DNA from: an uncultured Erysipelotrichaceae bacterium
Lineage (GTDB): Bacteria > Bacillota_I > Bacilli_A > Erysipelotrichales > Erysipelotrichaceae
Assembly (NCBI GenBank): GCA_944325255.1
Contig: CALUZH010000029.1
Span: forward strand, 11,448-75,447
DNA: 64,000 nt
Direction: 5' to 3'
Positions 36,095-45,360 of the stretch are shown here, one piece after another. Positions within the stretch are counted from its first letter, which is position 1; each line of letters starts with the position of its first letter. A program made the translations under genes and the position numbers. The notes beneath the pieces are model-generated. The model worked only from the letters and a program-made list of their open reading frames with translations, did no database searches and was not told the DNA's origin.

Positions 36095-36769
36095 ATGAAC
36101 AATGAAAAAAATCGTACTTATGCAGTTTTGGGACTAGGCATCTTCGGTTCCACCATCGCCAAAAATTTGACACATTACGGTCTTGATGTGATTGCCATTG
36201 ACAAAGATATGGATCAGGTCGAACGTATCAATGATTCTGTTACCCATGCGGTATGTTTAAATATTACGGATATCGATCAGTTACGGGCCGTCGGTATGGA
36301 TGATGTGGATTGTGCCATTGTCGCTACCGGCTCACAACTTGAAGATTCGATTATTTGTATCATGAATCTTAAGGAATTGGGGGTTAAAAGGATAATCGCC
36401 AAGGCCAAAAACCGTAAATACAGTGAAGTTCTTTTAAAGATTGGTGCCGATGAAGTAGTTTTGCCGGAAAAAGAAATCGGTAAAAGATTAGCTAAACGTT
36501 TGGTATCTCCGGACATTATTGAGCTTTTTGATATCGATAATGAAAATTCCATTGTCGAGATTCATGTTTTGAATAACTGGGTAGGTCATTCCTTGACGCA
36601 GCTTGATCTTCGAAATAAATTCGGTATTAATGTTATCGGTATCAGAAGGAATAACCGTTTAACTTTAACGGTTGATCCCAATGACTATATTATGGAAGGT
36701 GATGAACTTATCATTGCCTGCCGCAATGACTTATTTGATCGTTTTTCCGAGCTTGAAAGGGTTATCTAA
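36095..36769 (+). CDS. ktrA: K+ uptake regulatory subunit KtrA/TrkA (RCK domain)
   Basis: Rossmann GLGIFGS at the N-terminus plus a TrkA-C domain. Directly after ktrB. Confidence 0.88.
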   Translation: MNNEKNRTYAVLGLGIFGSTIAKNLTHYGLDVIAIDKDMDQVERINDSVTHAVCLNITDIDQLRAVGMDDVDCAIVATGSQLEDSIICIMNLKELGVKRIIAKAKNRKYSEVLLKIGADEVVLPEKEIGKRLAKRLVSPDIIELFDIDNENSIVEIHVLNNWVGHSLTQLDLRNKFGINVIGIRRNNRLTLTVDPNDYIMEGDELIIACRNDLFDRFSELERVI

Positions 36770-36771
36770 TT

Positions 36772-37020
36772 ATGCATTATGAATATACTCCAAAGGGAAC
36801 ATGTTCCCGTAAAATGATTTTTGATATTGATGATAAGGATATTATTCAAAAAGTAGAAATTATTGGAGGTTGTCCGGGCAATCTGGCGGGCATATCAAAA
36901 ATCCTTGTCGGTATGCCGCGAACTCACGTAATTGAACGTTTTGAAGGGGTTAAATGCGGAAATAAGCCGACTTCTTGTCCTGATCAGATTGCTCAAGCAT
37001 TAAAAGAAATTAAAGCCTGA
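36772..37020 (+). CDS. TSCPD-domain four-cysteine mini-protein (TIGR03905-like)
   Basis: 82 aa with four Cys (GTCSRK, GGCPGN, VKCGNK, TSCPDQ), including the literal TSCPD motif. Confidence 0.7.
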   Translation: MHYEYTPKGTCSRKMIFDIDDKDIIQKVEIIGGCPGNLAGISKILVGMPRTHVIERFEGVKCGNKPTSCPDQIAQALKEIKA

Positions 37021-38819
37021 TGTCAAGATTTACTTTTATCAATAAATATTTAAAACCGTACCGGGTACGGTTTTGTTTAATTATTATCGCTGCGGTCTGC
37101 TATGCCGTTTTAGCCCTGCTGGCAAGCTTAGTCTTCAGTTTTATTATTGACAATATTATTCAAGGATTGCCGATTGATAATCCTTTTTTGCAGTTCCTCA
37201 ATCACCTTTTGGGCGGCCAGGAATATATTCGTGACCATCTTTGGATCATCGCCTTGGCCTTAATTGCCATATATGCCATTCATGCCTTACTTATGTATTA
37301 TCGCTATGATGGCCAGGCGGTAATTTCCGAAGGCATGGTTAAAGGGATTAGAGAAGACTTATATAATCATATCCAATTGATGCCCTTTGCCAATCAAGTA
37401 AGGGCTAAAACCGGTGATCTTATTCAGCGCTGTACCTCGGATGTAGAAACCGTTCGCCGTTTTTTTGCCGGGCAATGTGTGGAAATTATTGTCATTGTCG
37501 CTTCGGCCTTATCGGCTTTATTAATCCTTTATTCCATTAATGTATCTTTGGCGATTGTGGCTTCAATATCATTCCCACTCATCTTTGTTTACAGCTATGT
37601 CTTTTTTTCCAAGATTCAAAAACAATTCCTAGCTTCTGATGAAATGGAAGCCGTTATGACTTCCAAGATTCAGGAAACGTTAAGCGGTGTTCGTGTGGTT
37701 AAGGCCTTTCATCGGGAAAAATATGAACTGGATAAGTTTTTGGATATTTCCGGACAATATAAGAATGTTACCTATAAGATGATTGAATCCTTGGGCTGGT
37801 ATTGGGGCATGAGTTATCTTATTTGTAATCTAGGCATTTTATCGGTAATTTTATTTGGCATTTTTGCCGTACAGGATGGTTCCTTGACGGTTGGTAATTT
37901 TACGGTCTTTATTACTTATCAATCAACTGTTTTATTTCAATTGCGACAACTTGGACGTATCCTTAGCGACTTTGGTCGTTTAATGGTCGCTATTGACCGT
38001 TTAAAAGAAATTAAGGAAGAACCGGTTGAAGACCTTGAAAGTGGCGAAAAGCCGGATCTTGATGGTGATATTATCTTTAATAATGTCAGTTTTCATTATG
38101 CGGATGATCCTAATACCGAGATTTTAAAAAATATTGCTTTGACGATCAAAAAAGGGGAAACTTTGGCGATCATTGGACCTACAGGATCTGGTAAGTCTTC
38201 GCTTGTTCAGCTTTTAGACCGTTTATATGAGCCAAGCAGCGGCTTTATAAGCATTAACGGCCATAATATTAATACTGTTGCCAAGGGCTATTTACGGCGT
38301 AATATCGGTATTGTCTTACAAGAACCCTTTCTTTTTTCCAAATCAATTTATGATAATTTGAAAATAGCTGATCCGACGCTGGAATTTGCAGCGGTCGAAA
38401 AAGCTACAAGAATTGCGGATGTCCATGATGTTATTACAACCTTTGATCAAGGCTATGATACTTTAGTCGGTGAAAAGGGGGTCACCTTATCCGGCGGTCA
38501 GAAACAACGCATTGCCATCGCTCGGACTTTGGTCAACAATTCCAAGATTTTAGTCTTTGATGATTCCTTAAGTGCTGTCGATACCGAGACTGATGTCCAT
38601 ATTCGTCATGCCTTAAAGAGCCTTAAAGGTGATGCGACGATGATTATCATTACCCAAAGAGTTTTAACGGCCATGGATGCCGATATGATTGTCGTTATTG
38701 AAGATGGGGTCATAACCGAAAAGGGCAATCATCAGGAACTTATCAATAATAACGGTTTATATTCCCGAATAAATGCTATTCAAAATGCCGTTAAGAAGGA
38801 GACTGTCAATGAGTACTAA
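37020..38819 (+). CDS. ABC exporter half-transporter (TMD-NBD), subunit with non-canonical Walker B/H-loop
   Basis: 6-TM domain then GPTGSGKSS, LSGGQKQR, ILVFDDSLSAVD (D in place of the catalytic E), IIITQR (Q in place of the H-loop His). Confidence 0.9.
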   Translation: MSRFTFINKYLKPYRVRFCLIIIAAVCYAVLALLASLVFSFIIDNIIQGLPIDNPFLQFLNHLLGGQEYIRDHLWIIALALIAIYAIHALLMYYRYDGQAVISEGMVKGIREDLYNHIQLMPFANQVRAKTGDLIQRCTSDVETVRRFFAGQCVEIIVIVASALSALLILYSINVSLAIVASISFPLIFVYSYVFFSKIQKQFLASDEMEAVMTSKIQETLSGVRVVKAFHREKYELDKFLDISGQYKNVTYKMIESLGWYWGMSYLICNLGILSVILFGIFAVQDGSLTVGNFTVFITYQSTVLFQLRQLGRILSDFGRLMVAIDRLKEIKEEPVEDLESGEKPDLDGDIIFNNVSFHYADDPNTEILKNIALTIKKGETLAIIGPTGSGKSSLVQLLDRLYEPSSGFISINGHNINTVAKGYLRRNIGIVLQEPFLFSKSIYDNLKIADPTLEFAAVEKATRIADVHDVITTFDQGYDTLVGEKGVTLSGGQKQRIAIARTLVNNSKILVFDDSLSAVDTETDVHIRHALKSLKGDATMIIITQRVLTAMDADMIVVIEDGVITEKGNHQELINNNGLYSRINAIQNAVKKETVNEY

Positions 38820-40647
38820 GTTTGAAGAAAAAGACTTTTCCGATAAGGGTTTTAATTTGCCGATGTGGAAGAAACTCTTCATCGAGTTTAAGCCTTTCAT
38901 GAAATATATTTATATCCTCATCATCCTCAATATTCTCATTGCCTTATCGGATGTTATATTCCCCTTATTAAATAAGACCGCGATCAATGATTTTACTGGA
39001 GATGTCTTTAACCGCCAAAATTTTCTTATTTTAATTGCGGGCTACTTTATTTTGATTCTTTTAACGGCTTTGGCGCATCTAGTATATTTTAAAGTTGCCG
39101 GCAAGGCGGAAATGGGTTTTGGTTATTACCTGCGGGAGCATTGTTTTAAGAAGTTACAATCCCTGTCTTTCAGTTATTATGATGTAACACCAATCGGTTG
39201 GCTAATGGCGCGGATGACTTCGGATATTTCCCGCTTGGCGGAAGTCATTTCCTGGTCTTTTACCGAATTTGCTTGGGGTATTCCACTAATGTTATTTGCG
39301 ACAGTGGTAATGCTTACAACCAATGTTACCTTGGCCTTATTAGTCCTGATTGTGGTACCCTTTGTTGCTTTTTGCTCGGTATATTTTCAAACCCGTATCT
39401 TAAAGGCATATCGCGAAGTAAGAAAATCCAATTCTAAGATCACCAATGCATTTAATGAGGGCATCAATGGTGCTAAAACGACTAAGACTTTGGTTTTAGA
39501 AGAAAATAATCTTCATGAATTTAAAGAAGAAACAACCAATATGGAAAAAGTATCGGTAAAAGCCGCCCGTTTAAGTGGTATATTCCGGCCTTTAGTCCAA
39601 TTTATTTCATCCTTTGCCTTGGCTTTTGTATTATGGGTAGGCGGCCAATTGGTATTTGAAGAAATGGTTGATCTTGGTACATTAATGATGTTCACCCAAT
39701 ATGCCCAACAATTTTTTGAACCGATACGCAATATCGCAATGATTCTGCAAGATATTCAAATGGCCCAGGCCAGTGGCGAAAGGATCATTCACTTGCTTGA
39801 TGAAAAACCGACAATTGTCGATAAGCCGGAAGTAATTGCCAAATATGGTGATATCTTTAATCCCCAAAGCCATAATTTTGAACCGATAATCGGGGATATC
39901 GAATTTAAACATGTTGATTTTTCCTATATTCCTGATGAACCGATTTTGAAAGATTTTAATTTAAAAGTTAAACATGGCCAAACTATTGCCTTAGTTGGGG
40001 AAACGGGCTCGGGTAAAAGTACGATCGTCAATCTTCTTTGCCGTTTTTATGAGCCGGTAAAGGGAGAAATTCTCATTGACGGCATAGATTATCGCGAGCG
40101 TTCTTTAGGCTGGCTACATTCCCATTTAGGTTATGTCTTACAAGCTCCTCATCTTTTTTCGGGCACCATTATGGAAAATATTCGCTATGGCAACCTAAAT
40201 GCCAGCGATGAAGAAGTATATGAAGCAGCTAAGCTTGTTGATGCTCATGACTTCATTATGGCTTTTCCGGAAGGATATAATACCGATGTCGGGGAAGGGG
40301 GATCACGGCTTTCGACCGGTCAAAAACAACTCATCTCTTTTGCCAGAGCGATTTTGGCTAAACCGGCCATCTTTGTCCTTGATGAGGCTACGGCATCGAT
40401 TGACACCGAAACCGAAAGAATTATTCAATATGCCATTGAAAACATTATGAAGGATAAAACATCCTTTGTCGTGGCCCATCGACTTTCAACCATTGTTAAT
40501 GCCGATCGTATCTTGGTTATTAATAAAGGTCAGATTATTGAAGATGGACGCCATAATGAATTGATGGCTCAAAAAGGTTATTATTATCGTCTTTATACCA
40601 ATCAGTTCAATGAAGATTTAGCTAATCGGATTCTCAAAAAAGCTTAG
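38809..40647 (+). CDS. ABC exporter half-transporter (TMD-NBD), subunit with canonical catalytic residues but LSTGQ signature
   Basis: GETGSGKST, LSTGQKQL, IFVLDEATASID, VVAHRLST. ATG at 38809 is preceded by AAGAAGGAG. Overlaps the upstream partner by 11 nt. Confidence 0.9.
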   Translation: MSTKFEEKDFSDKGFNLPMWKKLFIEFKPFMKYIYILIILNILIALSDVIFPLLNKTAINDFTGDVFNRQNFLILIAGYFILILLTALAHLVYFKVAGKAEMGFGYYLREHCFKKLQSLSFSYYDVTPIGWLMARMTSDISRLAEVISWSFTEFAWGIPLMLFATVVMLTTNVTLALLVLIVVPFVAFCSVYFQTRILKAYREVRKSNSKITNAFNEGINGAKTTKTLVLEENNLHEFKEETTNMEKVSVKAARLSGIFRPLVQFISSFALAFVLWVGGQLVFEEMVDLGTLMMFTQYAQQFFEPIRNIAMILQDIQMAQASGERIIHLLDEKPTIVDKPEVIAKYGDIFNPQSHNFEPIIGDIEFKHVDFSYIPDEPILKDFNLKVKHGQTIALVGETGSGKSTIVNLLCRFYEPVKGEILIDGIDYRERSLGWLHSHLGYVLQAPHLFSGTIMENIRYGNLNASDEEVYEAAKLVDAHDFIMAFPEGYNTDVGEGGSRLSTGQKQLISFARAILAKPAIFVLDEATASIDTETERIIQYAIENIMKDKTSFVVAHRLSTIVNADRILVINKGQIIEDGRHNELMAQKGYYYRLYTNQFNEDLANRILKKA

Positions 40648-40654
40648 CTTATTA

Positions 40655-40663
40655 TGTTAAAAT
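40655..40663 (+). promoter_or_regulatory. Extended -10 TGTTAAAAT, 6 nt upstream of the lspA ATG (candidate leaderless promoter)
   Basis: TGTTAAAAT-aattct-ATG(40670). No SD. Confidence 0.45.
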
Positions 40664-40669
40664 AATTCT

Positions 40670-41140
40670 ATGACGAAATATTGGAAGTATCTTTTAATTG
40701 TCATTGGGGCAATTGTTCTTGATCAATTGAGTAAATATCTCATTGTATCTAACTTTGATCTTTTTGAATCTTTGACCCTGATTCCGGGTTTTCTTAAATT
40801 AAACTATGTCCGCAATACCGGTGCCGGTTTTTCCATTCTTGAAGGACAAATGGGCTTCTTTTATATCATTACGGTTGTCGCTTTAATCTTTATGGCTTAT
40901 ATGTTTGTTAAAAGCGAAGACAATGCCGTCCTGGAAAAAGTGGCATTGGCTATGATGTTTGGCGGTGCGGTCGGTAATTTTATTGATCGCTTAAGACTGG
41001 GGTATGTCGTGGACTTTATTGCCGTCGATATTTTTTCTTATCCTTTTCCGGTTTTTAATATTGCCGATTCCTTTTTAACGATTGGCGTTATTCTTTTTAT
41101 TGCTTATTATTTATTTCAGGGAAATCATGGAAAATTATAA
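40670..41140 (+). CDS. lspA: Lipoprotein signal peptidase II
   Basis: NTGAGFS, FIDRLRLGYVVDFI, FNIADS catalytic-Asp motifs. 4 TM. Confidence 0.92.
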   Translation: MTKYWKYLLIVIGAIVLDQLSKYLIVSNFDLFESLTLIPGFLKLNYVRNTGAGFSILEGQMGFFYIITVVALIFMAYMFVKSEDNAVLEKVALAMMFGGAVGNFIDRLRLGYVVDFIAVDIFSYPFPVFNIADSFLTIGVILFIAYYLFQGNHGKL

Positions 41141-42032
41141 ATATATCGTTGATGACTCTTTTAATAATGAACGCTTGGATGTTTACTTATCTGCAGTAAG
41201 CGAGATAAGTCGAAACAAGATTCAAAGTCTTATAAAAGATGCAAAGGTAAGGGTTAATGGCAAAAGCAGCAAGGCTAATTATAAAGTTCAAGTCAATGAC
41301 ATTATTGACTTTACTTATGAACAAGCCAAACCCTGGGATTTAATACCGGTAAAAATGGCTTTGGATATCATCTATGAGGATGATGATCTTATCGTCGTTA
41401 ATAAGCCCAAGGGTTTGGTTGTTCATCCCGGAAGCGGGAATTTTGAAAATACTTTGGTTCATGGCTTATTGTATCATTGTCAATTAAGCGGTTGGGATGA
41501 TGCCCTAAGACCAGGCATTGTTCACCGTATCGATAAGGATACATCGGGCTTATTGGTATGTGCCAAAAATGATGCTGCTCATGCTTATTTAAGTGCCCAG
41601 CTTGCCGATAAGACTTGTTATCGCAAGTATTATGCCATTGTCAGCGGTATTATTGAACATGATGAGGGCGAAATTGATGCCCCGATCGGCCGTGACATTA
41701 AGGATCGCCAAAAAATGGCGGTTACATCCTTAAATTCCAAAAAGGCCATTACCGATTTTAAAGTATTGAAACGTTTCGATGACTCCTGTCTTTTAGATGT
41801 TGAGCTTAAGACCGGAAGGACCCATCAAATCCGCGTCCATATGCAATATATTAAACATCCTGTTGTCAATGATCCTAAATATGGCTATAAATTGTTTGAT
41901 GGAAGCGGTCAATATCTCCATGCTTACTTTTTGAGCTTTATTCATCCCAAGACTTTAAAGCGAATGGAATTTAAGACCGATATGCCGCAATATATGAAAG
42001 ATTATATTGCCATGAAAGAAGGTAAATTATGA
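41127..42032 (+). CDS. rluD: RluA-family 23S rRNA pseudouridine synthase (RluD/YlyB type)
   Basis: N-terminal S4 domain (RLDVYLS), catalytic HRIDKDTSGLL, TGRTHQIRVH. lspA-rluD synteny. ATG at 41127 preferred to the track start 41082. Confidence 0.9.
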   Translation: MENYKYIVDDSFNNERLDVYLSAVSEISRNKIQSLIKDAKVRVNGKSSKANYKVQVNDIIDFTYEQAKPWDLIPVKMALDIIYEDDDLIVVNKPKGLVVHPGSGNFENTLVHGLLYHCQLSGWDDALRPGIVHRIDKDTSGLLVCAKNDAAHAYLSAQLADKTCYRKYYAIVSGIIEHDEGEIDAPIGRDIKDRQKMAVTSLNSKKAITDFKVLKRFDDSCLLDVELKTGRTHQIRVHMQYIKHPVVNDPKYGYKLFDGSGQYLHAYFLSFIHPKTLKRMEFKTDMPQYMKDYIAMKEGKL

Positions 42033-43243
42033 ATAGTGTAAATAATTATAAGATTACCCAATTAATGCATTTCTTTTTTACTAAATTCAATTATAAAACG
42101 GTTATTATCTCGGAATTTTCCGAAACGGAAATTTGGCTGGTCAATCCGCAAAATCCGACATATCAAATCATCCGGGTCAGCATTAACAGTATTGAACAGG
42201 TTATTTATGAAAAAGAGCGAATTAATAATGCCATAGAAATGCTGGCAAACCGTTTACGTTTAAAAGAATATCATTTTTTAGATATCCATATAGGTCATGA
42301 TGAAGTCCTCGATAATGAATTATATGATTCATTAGCCATAGATGATAATTATTATGACGGTATCGATGTAGCTTATGCTTATCCTGGTATTAAAAAAGCT
42401 GTTCATGAAGTAGCTGATCCCGATGCGGAAATAAAATATCTCTTGAATGATATGAATGAAACAGCTAAAAATGCAATTAAGCAAAAGCGGAAAATTAAAA
42501 AAATACCGATGCCGGTAACCTATGTTACGATGGCTCTATGCATTATTAATTTTTTAATCAGTCTTTATTTGCAAAGCCGATATGACAGTGCCTCGGCCAT
42601 GATTTTCTTGGGTGCTGATTATAAGACTTTTACTTTGGGATTGGGACAATTTTGGCGCTTTGTGACTTATGCCTTTGTGCATGGCAGTTTCTTTCATCTA
42701 TTTGTCAATATGTATTCCCTTTATTATTTGGGATCGCTGCTTGAAGATCAGATGGGTTCTTTAAAATATGCTGCTGTTCTTTTTCTTTCGATAATCGGTG
42801 GCGGTCTTTTAAACGGCATCTTCAGCGAAAATACGATCATTGTCGGTATCAGTGGCGGATTATATGGTTTAATGGCTTTATATTTGATTTTGGCCTATCG
42901 TGGCGGATATTTAAACCAAGGCGCGATTATCCAAATTATTGCCATTAATCTTTTTATCAATTTAATGGGCGGAGTCGCTATTTTTTGCCACCTTGGCGGT
43001 CTTATTGTTGGCATTATTACTTATCTTTGCTTCTTTGATATTAAGATTAGACGAAAATTTGCCGCTATTTTATTGGCAATATTCTTCTTAGCAGGCAGTA
43101 TTCGCTATGTCTTAAATCCCGTTATCAGACCGCTATATGGCGGTACTGATGCGGAAGTTGTAAGCATTTATGCCGATATGGGATTGAGAAATTATGCTCA
43201 AGACTTAATGGGTCGGCTTTATGAGGTTTATGCCCGCAACTGA
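42029..43243 (+). CDS. Rhomboid-family intramembrane serine protease with about 160-aa N-terminal cytoplasmic domain
   Basis: FVHGSFFHLFVNM, catalytic GISGGLYGL and HLGG. Multiple TM helices. Confidence 0.85.
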   Translation: MNSVNNYKITQLMHFFFTKFNYKTVIISEFSETEIWLVNPQNPTYQIIRVSINSIEQVIYEKERINNAIEMLANRLRLKEYHFLDIHIGHDEVLDNELYDSLAIDDNYYDGIDVAYAYPGIKKAVHEVADPDAEIKYLLNDMNETAKNAIKQKRKIKKIPMPVTYVTMALCIINFLISLYLQSRYDSASAMIFLGADYKTFTLGLGQFWRFVTYAFVHGSFFHLFVNMYSLYYLGSLLEDQMGSLKYAAVLFLSIIGGGLLNGIFSENTIIVGISGGLYGLMALYLILAYRGGYLNQGAIIQIIAINLFINLMGGVAIFCHLGGLIVGIITYLCFFDIKIRRKFAAILLAIFFLAGSIRYVLNPVIRPLYGGTDAEVVSIYADMGLRNYAQDLMGRLYEVYARN

Positions 43244-44378
43244 AAATAGACGCCTAGTCTGGATGATTCAGCAAACATCAAAGATTGGCGGTACCGAAAT
43301 GGTTTCCCTCAATCTCTTTAAAGCTCTTTGTCGGCAATATGCTTATAAAGGGCTTTTAATCGTTTCCGGATGTAAGGGCGACAGTCCTTATGAAGGTCTT
43401 GAAGACTTGGATATTTTATATTTAGATATTCCTTTAGAAGCTTTACGCTTTGATGCTTACTTAAATAAATATCGAAATACTAAACAATATTTTAAAATTG
43501 TCAGACATTTTATGAAGCTTCTTCATTATTTTGTCTTGAATCGTCATCAATACCAAAAGCGCATCGCAAAGTTTACCGATCCTAATGATATTATTATCGC
43601 TTCCAGTCTGGATTCCTATCTTTTGGCTCCGGCAAAGCGCCAAATTATCTTTCATTTTCACTTCGGCGCTAAAGACTATTTCGCTTTTTTGTTTCAACAG
43701 CTTTTAAAATATTGCATTAAACCGCAAATGACGGTCTTTTTAACCCCAAGCTGTCTTTTAGAAGTTCGATCTAAGGATCCTTCTTTAAGGGCTAAAAGTG
43801 TCGCTATTTATAATCCTAATCGTTTTCCAAGAGAATTACATTCACCTCATCAGCCCTTGAATATTTTATTTGTCGGACGCTTAGAAGATCAAAAATATCC
43901 GGAATTAATGGTAATGACGGCGCGTAAATTAAGGGATTACGGCTTCAGCTTCCATCTTGATGTTTTGGGTGATGGCTCAAAATATGATGATATTGCCCAA
44001 ATGATCAAAGATAATGAATTAAATGATTATGTCTTGATGCATGGTATGGTCAAAGATATTAAAGAATATTATCGTCAAGCCGATTGTTTATTGGTTACCT
44101 CACGCAGTGAAGGTTTCTCTTTAACGACGCTTGAAGCCAATTGTTTTTCTTTATATGTTGTATCGGTTGATTGGGGTGAAGGTGTTCATGATGTCATTAA
44201 AGAAGGGGTTAACGGTACTATTGTGAAAGCATATGATCCCGATCTTTTAGCTAAAACCATCATTCAAACATTTCAAAATGATTATTATGCTTTAAAAAAG
44301 AGCGCATATGACTATGCTGCACAATATGATATGGAAAATATTTTACCAAAGTGGCATGAACTTATATCATCACTTTGA
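43221..44378 (+). CDS. GT4-family (GT-B) glycosyltransferase
   Basis: N-terminal GGTEMV, C-terminal EX7E motif SEGFSLTTLEA. Start uncertain (43221, 43230 or 43263). Confidence 0.8.
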   Translation: MRFMPATENRRLVWMIQQTSKIGGTEMVSLNLFKALCRQYAYKGLLIVSGCKGDSPYEGLEDLDILYLDIPLEALRFDAYLNKYRNTKQYFKIVRHFMKLLHYFVLNRHQYQKRIAKFTDPNDIIIASSLDSYLLAPAKRQIIFHFHFGAKDYFAFLFQQLLKYCIKPQMTVFLTPSCLLEVRSKDPSLRAKSVAIYNPNRFPRELHSPHQPLNILFVGRLEDQKYPELMVMTARKLRDYGFSFHLDVLGDGSKYDDIAQMIKDNELNDYVLMHGMVKDIKEYYRQADCLLVTSRSEGFSLTTLEANCFSLYVVSVDWGEGVHDVIKEGVNGTIVKAYDPDLLAKTIIQTFQNDYYALKKSAYDYAAQYDMENILPKWHELISSL

Positions 44379-44930
44379 TTTTTTATAGCTTTTATAAAGC
44401 TCCTTATAATATTTTAAAGCGGCCTTTTCGCCATGATTTTTTAAATAATTTAAAAGTTCAGCTGTTTTTTTGGCTGTCGCGGGATGCATGACAAAACGGG
44501 CATGGGTATTCATAAAATAATCATAAGCAGAAGCATCGGTATATGCTTCCTTTTGATAGACTTTGCATGCGGCAATCCGATCAAGTACGGCCTCTAAAAT
44601 ATAATTTTGAGGCATATCTAAAGGAAGCATATAGATACTGTTTTTATCCATATCAAACCAATATTCCCAATGATGACGATTTCGGCCTTTGTGGTGAAGC
44701 CAGGCCCGAGAATAACCGATTTCTTCTTTTTCGGCATCAATCGGTGAACGATAGCCTTGATAGTATTTGATACCGGCAATAAATTCAATCGGTGAATATT
44801 TAGAGAGGTCATGCAAAAGACCTTGTTTATACATTCCGACCTTAAAACATAAAAAACCGACCAGCATCTTATGTTTGGTAATGGTTTTAAAATGACCGAT
44901 TAATCGGCTGATAAAAGACTTCTTTTGCAC
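44370..44930 (-). CDS. His-rich HD-like protein of unknown function (DUF5662-like, often mis-annotated as catalase)
   Basis: LLHDLSKY and WLHHKGRNRHHWEYW motifs. GTG start. Family name is from memory. Confidence 0.45.
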   Translation of the reverse strand: MQKKSFISRLIGHFKTITKHKMLVGFLCFKVGMYKQGLLHDLSKYSPIEFIAGIKYYQGYRSPIDAEKEEIGYSRAWLHHKGRNRHHWEYWFDMDKNSIYMLPLDMPQNYILEAVLDRIAACKVYQKEAYTDASAYDYFMNTHARFVMHPATAKKTAELLNYLKNHGEKAALKYYKELYKSYKKSK

Positions 44931-44936
44931 AATTGA

Positions 44937-44945
44937 ATTATAACA
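44937..44945 (-). promoter_or_regulatory. Extended -10 TGTTATAAT, 6 nt upstream of the GTG start of the HD-like gene
   Basis: The minus strand reads TGTTATAAT-tcaatt-GTG(44930). No SD. Confidence 0.4.
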
Positions 44946-44972
44946 CTTGGCGTTTAAAATCGGGTTTTATTG

Positions 44973-44981
44973 TGCTAAAAT
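44973..44981 (+). promoter_or_regulatory. Extended -10 TGCTAAAAT, 7 nt upstream of the nusB ATG (candidate leaderless promoter)
   Basis: TGCTAAAAT-attagct-ATG(44989). No SD. Confidence 0.4.
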
Positions 44982-44988
44982 ATTAGCT

Positions 44989-45360
44989 ATGAACAGACAT
45001 GAAGCACGTATATTGTTGATGCAGACGATTTATCGTCATCGTTTATTACAGGATGATTTGCGTATGGACTTTGCCAATTATAATCCGGAACGTCCATATG
45101 ATGATTTTATCTTACAGATAGTTGAGGATCTGGCTGAACATGAAAGTAACTATATCAGCTTAATCCAAACTAATTTAAATAAATGGTCATTTGAACGTTT
45201 AAATTATGTCGATCAGGCTATTTTGCTTTTAGCTGCCAGTGAAATGCACTTGGGACTTAATGAAAAAGCGGTAGTTATTGATGAAGCCTTAAGACTTTCA
45301 AAGAAATTTTCGGATCCCGATAATTATCGTTATATTAACGGTGTTTTGGATAATCTATGA
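44989..45360 (+). CDS. nusB: Transcription antitermination factor NusB
   Basis: MNRHEARILLMQTIY N-terminus and EALRLSKKF...YINGVLD C-terminus typical of NusB. The track start 44947 is a TTG upstream of the -10. Confidence 0.85.
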   Translation: MNRHEARILLMQTIYRHRLLQDDLRMDFANYNPERPYDDFILQIVEDLAEHESNYISLIQTNLNKWSFERLNYVDQAILLLAASEMHLGLNEKAVVIDEALRLSKKFSDPDNYRYINGVLDNL

